Position numbers and translations under genes: made by a program. The notes beneath the pieces were generated by a model. It was not told the DNA's origin. It saw nothing but the letters and a program-made list of their open reading frames with translations, and did not search any database. DNA of 64,000 nt from contig DOMK01000010.1 in NCBI GenBank assembly GCA_003510435.1, positions 41,487 to 105,486 on the forward strand, given 5' to 3'. Each line of letters opens with the position of its first letter. Positions within the stretch are counted from its first letter, which is position 1. This DNA is from Candidatus Magasanikiibacteriota bacterium (GTDB lineage: Bacteria > Patescibacteriota > Patescibacteriia > Magasanikbacterales > UBA922). Positions 9,405-19,730 of this stretch are shown here, one piece after another.

Positions 9405-11336
9405 TTAGTCACCCCTATCTGTTTCGCCTTCGGCAACTCGTGCATCATCGGAGTTGAAGAATTCCTTTTCTGCTGGTGTAGTTTCTAACCAGTTTTTTTT
9501 GTCAATATATTTACCAAGTTGTTTGTATACTTGTCCAAGTCGGTGTTCGTAAAATTGTTTTGGAAAACCAGCTTCGGTTATACCTAACATAGTTTTTGCT
9601 TCTCTGCTAGTTTTGTTTAGAACATCAAATATTTGACCATACCATTCCCTAGCATTTTCAATTGAAAGTGTTTGCTTGGCCATTTGCATAGCAATATCAT
9701 TTATATCAATAGCATTGGCTGTATAAACAGCTCGGTCAAGTAAAAGGTCAATTGCGATAGCTTGTTCGTCTGGCGTTAATTCAAGCGGTTGAGATTTAGT
9801 TTCGCCTTTTTTTGTTTTGCCGATTCTTTTGGTGGCGTCATAATTAAGAATTTTGCTTCTAACGCCTTCAATTTTTTGTTGGTCAATAATATGGCCACTG
9901 TCTTTAACTTTTTCTGGTTTTTCTACTTGGGTTGTGTCTTGGTCTCTTTCATCATCTTGTGTTACATCTCTATCAGGTTCATCAGTATTGTCGGATGTAG
10001 CTGTATGGTATAAAGGATTGTCTTTTTCTTCTACAAGGAATCCTTGTGGTAATTCTGCTGGTTTTGTTGGATGTTTTTGTGTTATTTCTGGTGTTGTACC
10101 AAGGTTTTTTCCAAACGTTTGTGGTTTACTGACATTGAAAGCTATTTGTTCTCCCCCATGTGTTGGTATTACATTTTTACCAGTTTGGGAATCAAAATAT
10201 CTTGGTTTGGGAGTTTGTTTTTGTGGAGTAGGTTCAGGGTTTGTTTTTCCTTCCAAAGTTGAAAGACCTAAATTTGTATCTAAATTTTCAAGAGAAACTT
10301 TATCGTGTTCTGGTGTAGCTTCTCCATTATGGTTTTCTGTTGGGTTGCCGTGTTTTTCAACAGTTCCGTCGTCATGAAAAAATAATTCTTCGCCAGAGTG
10401 TACTACAAGATCACTATATCTTCCCCAATATTTATTAATGGCATTTTGTTCAATACCATTTTTGTTATCAGCTGGGAATTTTTTTTGTAAAATACCCCAA
10501 AAAGTATCACCTGGTTGTACAGTGTAAGGTAATAAAGTTTCGTCTTCTGTATCTAAATTTGTATTTGTGTCAGCAATTTGTTTATTTTCAGTGTGTGTTT
10601 GTCTGGCTAGTTCCTTCACTTGTTGAATTGCTTGCTTAAATTCCTGATCACGTTGCTCTACTACTTGTAAATCTGGATTGTCAGCCAAGTCAGGTTGAGA
10701 TTGAACATTTTTTTGTTTTTCTGGTTCTGGAATTTCTGGAGCTTCGTGTTTTTTAAAGGCATTAAAGGCCGCCATAATAGCCAGGCCAGCTGCTACCCAT
10801 CTAGAAACCGACTTAACTTGTTTTTTTATGTCTGGTTTTTCACCTTTAGGTAGTTGAGTTTTTTCATCGATTTCCACGATCTGCTGTCTTAGTATTTCTG
10901 CTTTTCTGGCTTCTTCATCTAGTTTTTCTTTATAAGCCAATAAAGCATTGTCCAAGTCTGCTGGTTTTGGTCTAGCAACTTGTTGTAATTCATCATACTT
11001 TTTTATTTTTTCGTATATATAGTTTGTCAGATGTTTTTGGGGAATTTCGGTAGTATTACCTGTTGGGCTCTGCAGTCTTTTAATTACAGGTTCAAGATTA
11101 GAATCAACAATATAGCCCGATTCTGCTTCTTGTCCAATTTGTCTTTGTAGATCTTCAATAATAAAATTAATAACATTTTGTTTGTCTTTTCGTCTTTCTA
11201 CCAATGGATTATTGTTAATTGCATCGGCCAATGGAGAATACCACCTGGCCCAAAATTCTTGTCCACCCTCAATCTTCCTGAGTCCTCCTCTTCCCTTAGA
11301 TGTGGCAGAGTCAATTTTTGGCGCATTTTCTTTCAT
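9405..11336 (-). CDS. Large low-complexity protein with one TM and a LysM-like domain
   Basis: TM WVAAGLAIMAAF; YTVQPGDTFWGI...LVVHSGEELF is LysM-like. Confidence 0.7.
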   Translation of the reverse strand: MKENAPKIDSATSKGRGGLRKIEGGQEFWARWYSPLADAINNNPLVERRKDKQNVINFIIEDLQRQIGQEAESGYIVDSNLEPVIKRLQSPTGNTTEIPQKHLTNYIYEKIKKYDELQQVARPKPADLDNALLAYKEKLDEEARKAEILRQQIVEIDEKTQLPKGEKPDIKKQVKSVSRWVAAGLAIMAAFNAFKKHEAPEIPEPEKQKNVQSQPDLADNPDLQVVEQRDQEFKQAIQQVKELARQTHTENKQIADTNTNLDTEDETLLPYTVQPGDTFWGILQKKFPADNKNGIEQNAINKYWGRYSDLVVHSGEELFFHDDGTVEKHGNPTENHNGEATPEHDKVSLENLDTNLGLSTLEGKTNPEPTPQKQTPKPRYFDSQTGKNVIPTHGGEQIAFNVSKPQTFGKNLGTTPEITQKHPTKPAELPQGFLVEEKDNPLYHTATSDNTDEPDRDVTQDDERDQDTTQVEKPEKVKDSGHIIDQQKIEGVRSKILNYDATKRIGKTKKGETKSQPLELTPDEQAIAIDLLLDRAVYTANAIDINDIAMQMAKQTLSIENAREWYGQIFDVLNKTSREAKTMLGITEAGFPKQFYEHRLGQVYKQLGKYIDKKNWLETTPAEKEFFNSDDARVAEGETDRGD

Positions 11337-11361
11337 ATGTTTTAAATTAAAGAATAATTTG

Positions 11362-11883
11362 TTATAGCAAGAATTGTTTTAAATCAATACTGTGTTTTTT
11401 AGCAATCGCTTCTATCATATTTATGAGTATTTTGCTGGCAGTGGTAGCATCCCTACCTTCAAGAGCTCTTTTTTCGGCTTGAACATATAAATTTTCTATC
11501 ATATTAGCATCTGGAATTGCATTTATTTTTCGTAAAATGATAAGTAAAGGATCAATAACAGTTATTTTTATATCCACACTCAATCCTACAGAGTTTTCTA
11601 CACTAACTGTAACTCGTTTTTTTAATTCTGGTGGGGAATCTTTTTCTGGTTGTTGTGTGGTGCTAGGTAAATCAGGTACTGTATAGTGGTCAGGTTTTGT
11701 ATTAGCGTTTGGTACAGTAGCATTTGCTACTGTTTTATCTGGTCTTTCAGCCTCTACTATCTTTGTAGGCTCTTCAGCCTTAAGGTCTTCACATGTTGGC
11801 CATCTTACATTATCGTATCGGCTTTTTTCTGCTGAAGGTTTTTCACTACCAAAAATTGTTCTAAAAGAAAATGGCATAATCAA
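11362..11883 (-). CDS. Hypothetical protein
   Basis: 173-aa ORF co-oriented with the LysM gene; divergent promoter region upstream. Confidence 0.6.
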   Translation of the reverse strand: MIMPFSFRTIFGSEKPSAEKSRYDNVRWPTCEDLKAEEPTKIVEAERPDKTVANATVPNANTKPDHYTVPDLPSTTQQPEKDSPPELKKRVTVSVENSVGLSVDIKITVIDPLLIILRKINAIPDANMIENLYVQAEKRALEGRDATTASKILINMIEAIAKKHSIDLKQFLL

Positions 11884-11967
11884 AATTAATTATAATAAAA
11901 TTATAGCATATTTTAGCGGAAAAGTCAAGTTTGGAATTGACAAATTTGGCTTATTTTAGTACAATTC

Positions 11968-12087
11968 ATGTCCAATATGATTCAATATTATTATCACATT
12001 ATCACTTTTGGCTGTCACCCCGTACATAAAATGGCAGACTCGTTATCACTTCGTCTGTCCATTTATTACGGGGCGGGAATGAATAAA
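11968..12087 (+). pseudogene. Relic duplicate of the miaB 5' end interrupted by a 60-nt hairpin
   Basis: Reads MSNMIQYYYHIITFGC-[insert 12018-12077]-MNK versus MiaB MQYKYHITTYGCQMNK. Confidence 0.75.
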
Positions 12088-12089
12088 TT

Positions 12090-13412
12090 ATGCAATATAA
12101 GTATCACATAACAACTTATGGGTGTCAAATGAATAAGAATGATTCAGAACGGATAGAGGTGGTTTTGAATAAAATGGGTTTGCAGAGTACAGGTGATGTG
12201 GAGTCAGCTGATGTTGTTATCCTTAATACTTGTAGCGTTCGTGATTCAGCTGAAGCGAGAATTTTTGGCCAAGGGGCCAACTTTGCCAAGCTGAAACAAA
12301 AGAAGCCAAATTTAATTGTCGCGGTCACTGGTTGTATGCCTGGCAGAGACAAAACCAAGGAATTAAAAAAGCGTATACCGTGGGTAGATTTGTATTTTGC
12401 GAATGAAGAAATGATTCATTTACCCAAGTGGTTAGCAGAATTAAATCCAGATTTTCGTGTGATGGAAGATTTGGAAACTGATTATCTCAATATCCATCCT
12501 AATTATCATAGTAAATTTCAAGCCTTTGTTAGTATCCAGACAGGATGTAATCATTTTTGTACTTATTGTGTCGTACCCTTTGCCCGTGGTACTGAAGGTA
12601 ATCGATCATTAAAAAGTATTTTGGCTGAAATAGATGATTTGGATAATAAAGGTTATAAAGAAATAACTTTGTTGGGACAAATTGTGAATCATTATATTGC
12701 ACCCGATCCAGAATTTTTTTCTAAAGATAATATTTATAAGAAAAATGATTTTGCTAAGTTGCTGTGGGAAATAAACAAAATGAAAAGTATTGAACGCGTG
12801 CATTGGACTGCTCCGCATCCGATTTATATGGATGAAGAAATGATTGATGCTCTAACTTTACCAAAGCAGGTGAATTTTATTCATTTGCCAGTGCAATCTG
12901 GTAATGACGAAATTCTAAATAAAATGAATCGTCGGCATGATAGACAATTTTATCTGGATATAATTAAAAAGATTAGAGCCAAGCGTCCAGACATGGCAAT
13001 TGGTACAGATATTATTGTTGGTTTTTGTGGGGAAACAGAAGAACAATTTCAAGATACAGTTAGTCTGTTTAAAATTTGTGATTTTGATATTTCTTATCAT
13101 GCTAAATATTCCACTCGGTCAGGCACAGTCGCTGATAAAATGTTTAAAGATGATGTGTCAAAAACAGAAAAGAAAAGACGTTGGCAGATATTACAAGATT
13201 TAATGGAAGAAATTACTTATGCCAAAAATCAAAAATATGTTGGTCAAAAAGTCTCAGTCTTGGTAGAACGTTGCAATGATAGTTGGTGTGAGGGTAATTC
13301 TAATGAAATGAAATTGACTAGATTTAAAGGTAATGAATCAATGATCGGAACGATTCAGACACCAGAAATTTATAAAGCTGGTACCTGGCTTTTGTGGGGA
13401 CGTGTGGTATAA
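12090..13412 (+). CDS. miaB: tRNA-2-methylthio-N6-dimethylallyladenosine synthase
   Basis: GCQMN, NTCSVR, radical SAM CNHFCTYC, TRAM-like C-terminus; adjacent to miaA. Confidence 0.93.
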   Translation: MQYKYHITTYGCQMNKNDSERIEVVLNKMGLQSTGDVESADVVILNTCSVRDSAEARIFGQGANFAKLKQKKPNLIVAVTGCMPGRDKTKELKKRIPWVDLYFANEEMIHLPKWLAELNPDFRVMEDLETDYLNIHPNYHSKFQAFVSIQTGCNHFCTYCVVPFARGTEGNRSLKSILAEIDDLDNKGYKEITLLGQIVNHYIAPDPEFFSKDNIYKKNDFAKLLWEINKMKSIERVHWTAPHPIYMDEEMIDALTLPKQVNFIHLPVQSGNDEILNKMNRRHDRQFYLDIIKKIRAKRPDMAIGTDIIVGFCGETEEQFQDTVSLFKICDFDISYHAKYSTRSGTVADKMFKDDVSKTEKKRRWQILQDLMEEITYAKNQKYVGQKVSVLVERCNDSWCEGNSNEMKLTRFKGNESMIGTIQTPEIYKAGTWLLWGRVV

Positions 13413-13504
13413 TAGACATTGATTCCATTGATTATTTACTGATTTCGCTGAGTATATCAATTACAATCTGTGTAATCTTTAGTAATCAGTGAAATCAATG
13501 TTAT

Positions 13505-14446
13505 ATGAGAGAAGAAACAAAAAAATTACAAAAATTAATTGTGGTAGTTGGTCCAACTGCTAGTGGCAAGACTAACTGGGCTTTGCGTTTGGCCAAGAAA
13601 TTTAATGGCGATATTATTTCCGCTGATTCAAGGCAAATCTATAAAAAAATGGATATTGGCACAGCCAAAGAGCCTGGTGAATGGCGAAGAAATGGTTTGC
13701 GCAAAACTTACTATATCGAAGATATTCCCCATCATCTAGTTGATTTTCTGGATCCAGGCAAAGCTTTTACAGTGGCAGAATTTAGAGACAAGGCAGTAAA
13801 GTATGTAAAAATGGCGCATGAAGATGGTAAAATGCCGTTGATGGTAGGTGGAACAGGTTTGTATGTTCATTCTTTGGTAGAAAATTTGCAAATTCCTCGC
13901 GTACCGCCAAATAAAAAATTACGTGATAGTTTAGAAGAAAAAAATAATGAAGAATTGATGACTTGGATTACTAGTCTTGACCCAAAGACTGCCGAAACAG
14001 TTGATCCTAATAATAAACGTAGATTAATCCGAGCGCTTGAAGTGTGTATTCTTAGTGGGGTGCCTTTTTCTGAACAACAAATTAAAGGTGATCCATTGTT
14101 TGATATTTTAGAAATTGGGATTGAAGTGGAAAGAGAAACACTTTATGAAAGAATTGATAATCGTGTCCAGAAAATGTTTGATCTTGGTTTGGTAAAAGAA
14201 GTAGAAATTTTATTAAAACAAAAATATTCATGGGAATTACCTTCCATGAGCGGAATTGGTTATCGTCAGTTTAAAGAATATTTTGAAAAGAAAATTTCTT
14301 TGGACGAAGTGAAAGAAAATCTTAAACACGATACCAGAAGATATGCCAAACGACAATTGACTTGGTTTAGGCGAGATGAAAAAATAAAGTGGTGCAAGGA
14401 ATATGAAGAAGCAGAAAAATTGGTAGAAGATTTTTTAAAAAAATAG
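13505..14446 (+). CDS. miaA: tRNA dimethylallyltransferase
   Basis: GPTASGKT, DSRQIY..MDIGTAK, GGTGLY, TRRYAKRQLTWF. Confidence 0.97.
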   Translation: MREETKKLQKLIVVVGPTASGKTNWALRLAKKFNGDIISADSRQIYKKMDIGTAKEPGEWRRNGLRKTYYIEDIPHHLVDFLDPGKAFTVAEFRDKAVKYVKMAHEDGKMPLMVGGTGLYVHSLVENLQIPRVPPNKKLRDSLEEKNNEELMTWITSLDPKTAETVDPNNKRRLIRALEVCILSGVPFSEQQIKGDPLFDILEIGIEVERETLYERIDNRVQKMFDLGLVKEVEILLKQKYSWELPSMSGIGYRQFKEYFEKKISLDEVKENLKHDTRRYAKRQLTWFRRDEKIKWCKEYEEAEKLVEDFLKK

Positions 14447-14447
14447 T

Positions 14448-15143
14448 ATGGCTTTAGATTTAGGAAAAAATTTGCCAATCGCCTCATCAGCCGGATTGGG
14501 GAGTAAAATAAGCAAGACACCCAGTTTGTATTCTAGTAGTTCTGATAATTTAAAAAAGAATAATGCTAAAACTTCTGTATTTAGTAATAAAAGTGAGGCA
14601 GTAATATCAGTTAGTCGTTTAAACAATGCGTTGTCAGCTCCGACTAGTTCAATTAGTCGGGTAAATAATAATGATAGTAGACCCACTACTTCAGTCAATC
14701 GGATGGCAGTAGCCCAAGTTGAGGCAGAAGATGTTTATAGTCAAGAAGCGGATGATAGACGTTATAATTATGTAAGACGACTGATAAAAGCGCGACAAGA
14801 AAAAGCGGTGGAGAAGGTTGTAAAAGAAGGTGGTTCGGCTTATGATTTTAGCGTCCACACTGGTAAGGGTTTCCGTCTTCATGGCCGGCATGGTTTGATG
14901 AGAAAAATTTATAAGATGAAAAAAGAAAATCCTTTGGCTTATAAACATTGGGGTGATACAGAAAAGAAATATTTGGCTGATATGCTTAAGAAACATGTGG
15001 AGGGGGTATCACGGGGTACAAGCATTGGCTATGCCATGCGAAGAAGAATGAAATATCAGATTGACCAAGATCGAAAAAGTCACAAAATTAATATTTATGC
15101 AGCCAAGGATATGAAAAAGATTGTGGATGAATTGCCAGGTTAA
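14448..15143 (+). CDS. Hypothetical basic protein
   Basis: 231-aa ORF starting 1 nt after the miaA stop. Confidence 0.7.
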   Translation: MALDLGKNLPIASSAGLGSKISKTPSLYSSSSDNLKKNNAKTSVFSNKSEAVISVSRLNNALSAPTSSISRVNNNDSRPTTSVNRMAVAQVEAEDVYSQEADDRRYNYVRRLIKARQEKAVEKVVKEGGSAYDFSVHTGKGFRLHGRHGLMRKIYKMKKENPLAYKHWGDTEKKYLADMLKKHVEGVSRGTSIGYAMRRRMKYQIDQDRKSHKINIYAAKDMKKIVDELPG

Positions 15144-15174
15144 ATTAAGGAATAAGGAGTAAGGAATAAAGAAT

Positions 15175-15201
15175 AAAAAAGAACACTGGCGTGTTCTTTT
15201 T
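15175..15201. terminator. Bidirectional terminator
   Basis: AAAAAAGAACAC-TGGC-GTGTTCTTTTT between convergent genes. Confidence 0.75.
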
Positions 15202-15225
15202 AGTATAGTTTTTAGTTGTTATTGG

Positions 15226-15993
15226 TTATTTTATTTTTTCTTGATACGCTTGCCAACCAGCTTCGCGATATTTTTTAGCTTCGGTCAAAGGATTTTCGGC
15301 TTCATAAATTCCTCTGCCAACGATAATTACATCAGAATTATTTTTTTTGATAACTTTTTCAGGGGTATTGTATTGTTGTCCTAGGGTATCACCACCTTGA
15401 GCTAATTGTACACCTGGTGTCATGTTTACAAAACATGGGTTATCTAATAATTTTTTCATGGTGATAAAACCAATCACAAAATCCTTATTTTCTTCGGCCA
15501 TTTTTAGTGTTTCCTCAGTATACGTACCTTTGGCTAACGTACCTTTGGAACTCATTTCTGCCAAGAGTAATAAGCCTCGGCCTTTGGGTAAACCAATTTC
15601 TTTTAATCCTTGAATAATCCCAGGCCCTGGCACAGTGTGGGCATTGGTAATATGAGACCAATCAGCAATATTATAAATACCATTTTGATATTGATACTTT
15701 ACGGTGTTACCAATATCGGCAAATTTTCTATCTTCAAAAATTAAGAAATTATGTTCTTCTGCTAGTCTTTGTAATTGGATAATTAAATCAGCATCAAAAT
15801 CTTCGATAATATCAATATGGGTTTTTAATACGCAAATTTCTGGACCAAGTTCTTCTGCAATTTTTAATAATTTTTCTTTGGTGACTACATCCGCAGCAAT
15901 GGCCAAATTTGTTTGTTTGGTCTCCATTATTTTAAAAAGCTTTTTGGCGGTGGGATTGGTGCAAAGGTCAGCGCGTTGTTGGTATGTGAACAT
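15226..15993 (-). CDS. pyrF: Orotidine-5'-phosphate decarboxylase (eukaryote-like type)
   Basis: [33 protein letters not shown]. Confidence 0.96.
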   Translation of the reverse strand: MFTYQQRADLCTNPTAKKLFKIMETKQTNLAIAADVVTKEKLLKIAEELGPEICVLKTHIDIIEDFDADLIIQLQRLAEEHNFLIFEDRKFADIGNTVKYQYQNGIYNIADWSHITNAHTVPGPGIIQGLKEIGLPKGRGLLLLAEMSSKGTLAKGTYTEETLKMAEENKDFVIGFITMKKLLDNPCFVNMTPGVQLAQGGDTLGQQYNTPEKVIKKNNSDVIIVGRGIYEAENPLTEAKKYREAGWQAYQEKIK

Positions 15994-16000
15994 AATATTT

Positions 16001-16131
16001 TGTTAATCCCGACCCCGATTCGCATCGGGGAGGGATCCCTTTTAGTGTTTCTAACAAGGGTATTAAAAATACATTTGTTAGTGTGTTGAAAAGGGATTCC
16101 TCGTCGCCCTTTGGGCTCACTCGGAATGACA
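16001..16131. repeat. REP-like palindromic element, family A
   Basis: TAATCCCGA..GAGGGATCCCTTTT...AAAAGGGATTCCTCG..CTCGGAATGAC. Confidence 0.75.
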
Positions 16132-16135
16132 AGAA

Positions 16136-16768
16136 TTAAACTTGCTTAGATTCAAGAAATTTTTTTCCGTGACCAATTTTGGTATTTATTGGTACATTGT
16201 TTTTGCAGAGAGGACACTCTTCAGCTGAATAATTGGGAATTGTCATTTCTGCTAGTGAAGAGAATGGAACGCCGTACATCTCTGTGTTTATGGTTTGTGG
16301 ATTTTTATTAACCATCACACTAGCCTGAACCACTTCGCCACCTGCTTCTTTTATGGCGTCGACTAATTTTTTTAATGATGACCCTGTTTGTGTAAGATCC
16401 TCAAGTGCCAAGACCTTTTTACCTCTTACGAGATTGTTGTAGTTGCGTCTGGTAAAAAAGGTCAATTTATCATCTTCTTTTTCAGCATAGACACCGAGAA
16501 TTTCTTTGCCTTTGATTTGAGAAAGATGGTAAGCTGTCCATTGAGATAATATTATACCACCCAAAGCCGGGCCAGCTACTACATCAATATCTAAATCTTT
16601 GTATTTCTCTGCAAAAAGTTTACAAACGGCCGATGTCTCTTCAGTGTGGGGGTAGAGAGCATCTTTGTTTACATAAGTATCAAAATGGCCACCAGAAGTT
16701 CCGACAAAATGATCATTATCCAACACAGCTCCAACTTTTTTTAAAATTTCCAAGATATTATTTTCCAT
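16136..16768 (-). CDS. pyrE: Orotate phosphoribosyltransferase
   Basis: HF..TSG.H...Y, PRPP motif LALEDLTQTGSS, C-terminal CPLC; pyr operon context. Confidence 0.92.
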   Translation of the reverse strand: MENNILEILKKVGAVLDNDHFVGTSGGHFDTYVNKDALYPHTEETSAVCKLFAEKYKDLDIDVVAGPALGGIILSQWTAYHLSQIKGKEILGVYAEKEDDKLTFFTRRNYNNLVRGKKVLALEDLTQTGSSLKKLVDAIKEAGGEVVQASVMVNKNPQTINTEMYGVPFSSLAEMTIPNYSAEECPLCKNNVPINTKIGHGKKFLESKQV

Positions 16769-16819
16769 ATATTTTAAATTAAAAATTAATTATTTTTTTG
16801 AAGGGATTCTCCATTGCGT

Positions 16820-17602
16820 TCAGAATGATACGACAGCACCAGACTTATCTCTGTGATATTTTCCAAATTCAAAAATTTTATTAGCTAATTCACGATTAAC
16901 GACTGGTCCTTCTTTACACATACAAATTCCTAGGTCATCTACTACGCATTGGCCACAAATACCCACACCACATTTCATATAGCGTTCAATACTAACTTCG
17001 CAATCAACATTATATTCATTGCAAATATCTAAAACTTTTTTTTGCATTAGTTCTGGACCACAGGTTACCACTAATTTTTGACACGAATCTGCACTAATAA
17101 TACTTGGTATAAGGTCTGTGACATAACCTTTGTGTCCACGACTGCCATCATCAGTAGCAAGATGTAGAATTAGATTTGGTATTTTTGATAATTTTTCTTC
17201 AAATAATAAATTGTCTTTGGTACGACCGCCAGCGAGGAAATCTATTTTTGCACCGTTTGTCCTTTGAGCCAGTAGACTAAGAGGGGCGGCTCCATAACCA
17301 CCAGCGACCATAATGTAGTGTAAATTTTGGTCAACGGTAAAAGCTGTACCATAAGGTCCAGAAATACCCACGCGGTCGCCAATATTCATTTCAAATAATT
17401 TATTGGTTAATGGACCACGTTTGAAAATTGTTAAACCAAATGTTTGTCCATCGTCAGAAGAAATGGAAAATGGTTTTTGATCAATTCCAGGAATCCAGAG
17501 CATGACGAATTGACCAGGTTTACTTCCCAAATTGAAATTAAAGTAAAAGGTTTTTACAAAAGGATTTTCTTGTTCAATTTTTGAGATTTTTAGAAAGTTC
17601 AT
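16820..17602 (-). CDS. pyrK: Dihydroorotate dehydrogenase electron transfer subunit
   Basis: PGQF, KPFS, GGYG, CGP, CGVGICGQC...C..GPV. Confidence 0.93.
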   Translation of the reverse strand: MNFLKISKIEQENPFVKTFYFNFNLGSKPGQFVMLWIPGIDQKPFSISSDDGQTFGLTIFKRGPLTNKLFEMNIGDRVGISGPYGTAFTVDQNLHYIMVAGGYGAAPLSLLAQRTNGAKIDFLAGGRTKDNLLFEEKLSKIPNLILHLATDDGSRGHKGYVTDLIPSIISADSCQKLVVTCGPELMQKKVLDICNEYNVDCEVSIERYMKCGVGICGQCVVDDLGICMCKEGPVVNRELANKIFEFGKYHRDKSGAVVSF

Positions 17603-17607
17603 AAAAT

Positions 17608-17718
17608 TATATACAAATATACGAATTTACGAATTATACGGATGCTATACAAATGTGTATTGCCGAAGTATGTTCGTATAGCATTTGTATAATTCGTATT
17701 GTTAGTATATTCGTATAT
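17608..17718. repeat. Inverted low-complexity repeat (TACGAAT/ATTCGTA units)
   Basis: Tandem units on the left arm, reverse complements on the right arm. Confidence 0.7.
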
Positions 17719-17719
17719 T

Positions 17720-18628
17720 TTATAAATGAGCAGATCCTCTAATTTCATCTAAATTTTTGATTCCTTCTTCTTTCATAATCACTTCCATTTCATCAGTAAT
17801 TTTTTTGAAAGCGTCAGCACCACGGAAATAGACAGCTGAACCAACACCGAGTAGGGTAGCACCGGCCATAATCATCGCGAGAGCATCTTCGCCAGTCGTG
17901 ATTCCTCCTGTGCCGATAATCGGAATTTTAACTGACTTGTAAATATCATAAACGCATTTAAGGGCAATGGGAAATAAAGCTGGACCAGAGACACCGCCTT
18001 GTTTATTATGAAGAATTGGCCGGCGCGCACGGACATCAATCATCATACCACTAACAGTGTTTACAGCCGTAATAGCATCGGCTCCGCTAGCTTCGGCTGC
18101 CTTGGCAATGGTATCAATATTCCAAGCATTGGGTGAAAGTTTTATAGAAATTGGTACGGTAGATTTCTCTTTTACCGCTTTGGTAATTTTTTCTACCGCT
18201 GAAATGGAATAAGCAAAGGGATCGCCGAATTCTTTACTAACATTGGGACAAGAAATATCAATTTCCAAAAAATCAATTGGCGCTTCACAAATCCGCTCGG
18301 CCATTTCGCCGAATTCTTCTGGTGTACCAGCAAAAATGCTCCCTAAAAGAGGAACATCAGATAATTCTTTAAATTTCTTTAATTCTTCAATGGCTTTATC
18401 AATTCCAGGATTAGATAGTCCGACAGCATTGATAAAAAAATGTTCATAGCCATTCATAGTTGGATTGGGGTGGCCAGTACGCGGTTCTTTGGAAATTGAT
18501 TTGACAGTCACGCCACCACAGCCATTTTTTATAGCATTATTAAGACTGGCACCAGTGACACCGAGAATGCCAGAGGCGACGACAATGGGGTTGGTGAATG
18601 ATTTGCCTAAAAAATTAGTTGTTAACAT
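17720..18628 (-). CDS. pyrD: Dihydroorotate dehydrogenase 1B catalytic subunit
   Basis: ASG, NAVGLSNPG, SCPN, KLSPN, NT, GGVSG. Confidence 0.95.
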   Translation of the reverse strand: MLTTNFLGKSFTNPIVVASGILGVTGASLNNAIKNGCGGVTVKSISKEPRTGHPNPTMNGYEHFFINAVGLSNPGIDKAIEELKKFKELSDVPLLGSIFAGTPEEFGEMAERICEAPIDFLEIDISCPNVSKEFGDPFAYSISAVEKITKAVKEKSTVPISIKLSPNAWNIDTIAKAAEASGADAITAVNTVSGMMIDVRARRPILHNKQGGVSGPALFPIALKCVYDIYKSVKIPIIGTGGITTGEDALAMIMAGATLLGVGSAVYFRGADAFKKITDEMEVIMKEEGIKNLDEIRGSAHL

Positions 18629-18741
18629 AATTCCTAATTCACCTAATTTCTAATTCACCTAATAAAATTTCTAATACCCAATTAGTAATTTGATATTGGG
18701 ATTTTTATTAGAAATTAGGTGAATTAGATAATTAGAAATTT
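18629..18741. repeat. Inverted low-complexity repeat (CTAATTT/CACCTAAT units)
   Basis: Near-identical family copy at 30880-30986. Confidence 0.7.
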
Positions 18742-18742
18742 A

Positions 18743-19696
18743 TTATATTTTATTTTCCAGTTCTAATAGCCAAATAATAATCGCTTTTTGAATATGCATT
18801 CTATTTTCTGCTTGATCAAAGATTACAGAATTTTTGTGATCAATGGCTTCACGAGAAATTTCATAACCAATATGACAAGGCATGCAGTGCATAATACCAG
18901 CTTTTGGAGAATAGGTATCAACCAATTCAGCACTCAATTGAAATGGTTTGAAAGTAGCTAAGCGACGATCATATTCAGCCTGGTATTCTGGAATAACTTT
19001 ACCATCTTTGAAAAATTCCATATCAATCCAAGTGTCAGTGTGGACATAATCTGTGTTAGTCATAGCCTCGGCCAAATCAGTCGTGCGTTTTATAAGGCCT
19101 GTGGCATTAGCCAGGTCATTTAATTCTGTATCAACACTTGGTGGATTGGCTTCGGGAGCAGCGATAGCGACTTCAATTCCAAGTTTAGCACAAGCTAATT
19201 GCAAAGTATTGGAAACGTTATTTTCAATTCCTAACCAGGTAACTTTTTTAATATTTTCTAAACCATTAGAATGTTCCATCATAGTCAAGATGTCACCTAG
19301 AGCTTGGCAAGGATGATATTTTTCTGAGCAAGCATCAATTACTGGAATTTTATTTAAGCTAGCAGCAGTCATGACGTCTTCAGCTTTTAAGGCGCGGAAC
19401 ATAAGGACAGCTCCATAACGCATGACGGCTTGAATTTCATCTTTGAAAGCAGTGAGAGCAAATTGTGTATTGCGTGCGTCTAGATATATTCCGTGTCCAC
19501 CCAGTTCTGTCATGCCAGCTTCAAAAGATAGACGAGTACGAGTAGAAGTTTTTTGAAAAAGCATTATTAAAGTTTGATTGTGTAACACATCCACGCTTTC
19601 TCCGGCTTTTCTTTTGGCTTTTAATTTTTGAGCAATATTTAAAATGTCTAACAAATCCTGTTTGGATTGTTCTTTGAGTGAGATGAGGTGACGCAT
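18743..19696 (-). CDS. Ornithine carbamoyltransferase-family enzyme (divergent substrate loop)
   Basis: STRTR, HPCQ, HCMP, QAENR; SMG motif replaced by DMEF. Confidence 0.85.
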   Translation of the reverse strand: MRHLISLKEQSKQDLLDILNIAQKLKAKRKAGESVDVLHNQTLIMLFQKTSTRTRLSFEAGMTELGGHGIYLDARNTQFALTAFKDEIQAVMRYGAVLMFRALKAEDVMTAASLNKIPVIDACSEKYHPCQALGDILTMMEHSNGLENIKKVTWLGIENNVSNTLQLACAKLGIEVAIAAPEANPPSVDTELNDLANATGLIKRTTDLAEAMTNTDYVHTDTWIDMEFFKDGKVIPEYQAEYDRRLATFKPFQLSAELVDTYSPKAGIMHCMPCHIGYEISREAIDHKNSVIFDQAENRMHIQKAIIIWLLELENKI

Positions 19697-19730
19697 AGGT
19701 TTTGATTTAAAGATTTAATAGATTTAAAAA

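Noticed and set aside
11983-12137. DGR template/variable repeat pair
   Set aside because: Mismatches are not confined to adenines and no reverse transcriptase is in the window.
17608-18741. CRISPR arrays in the repeat-rich spacers
   Set aside because: Units are 7-9 nt, degenerate and inverted, with no unique spacers and no cas genes.
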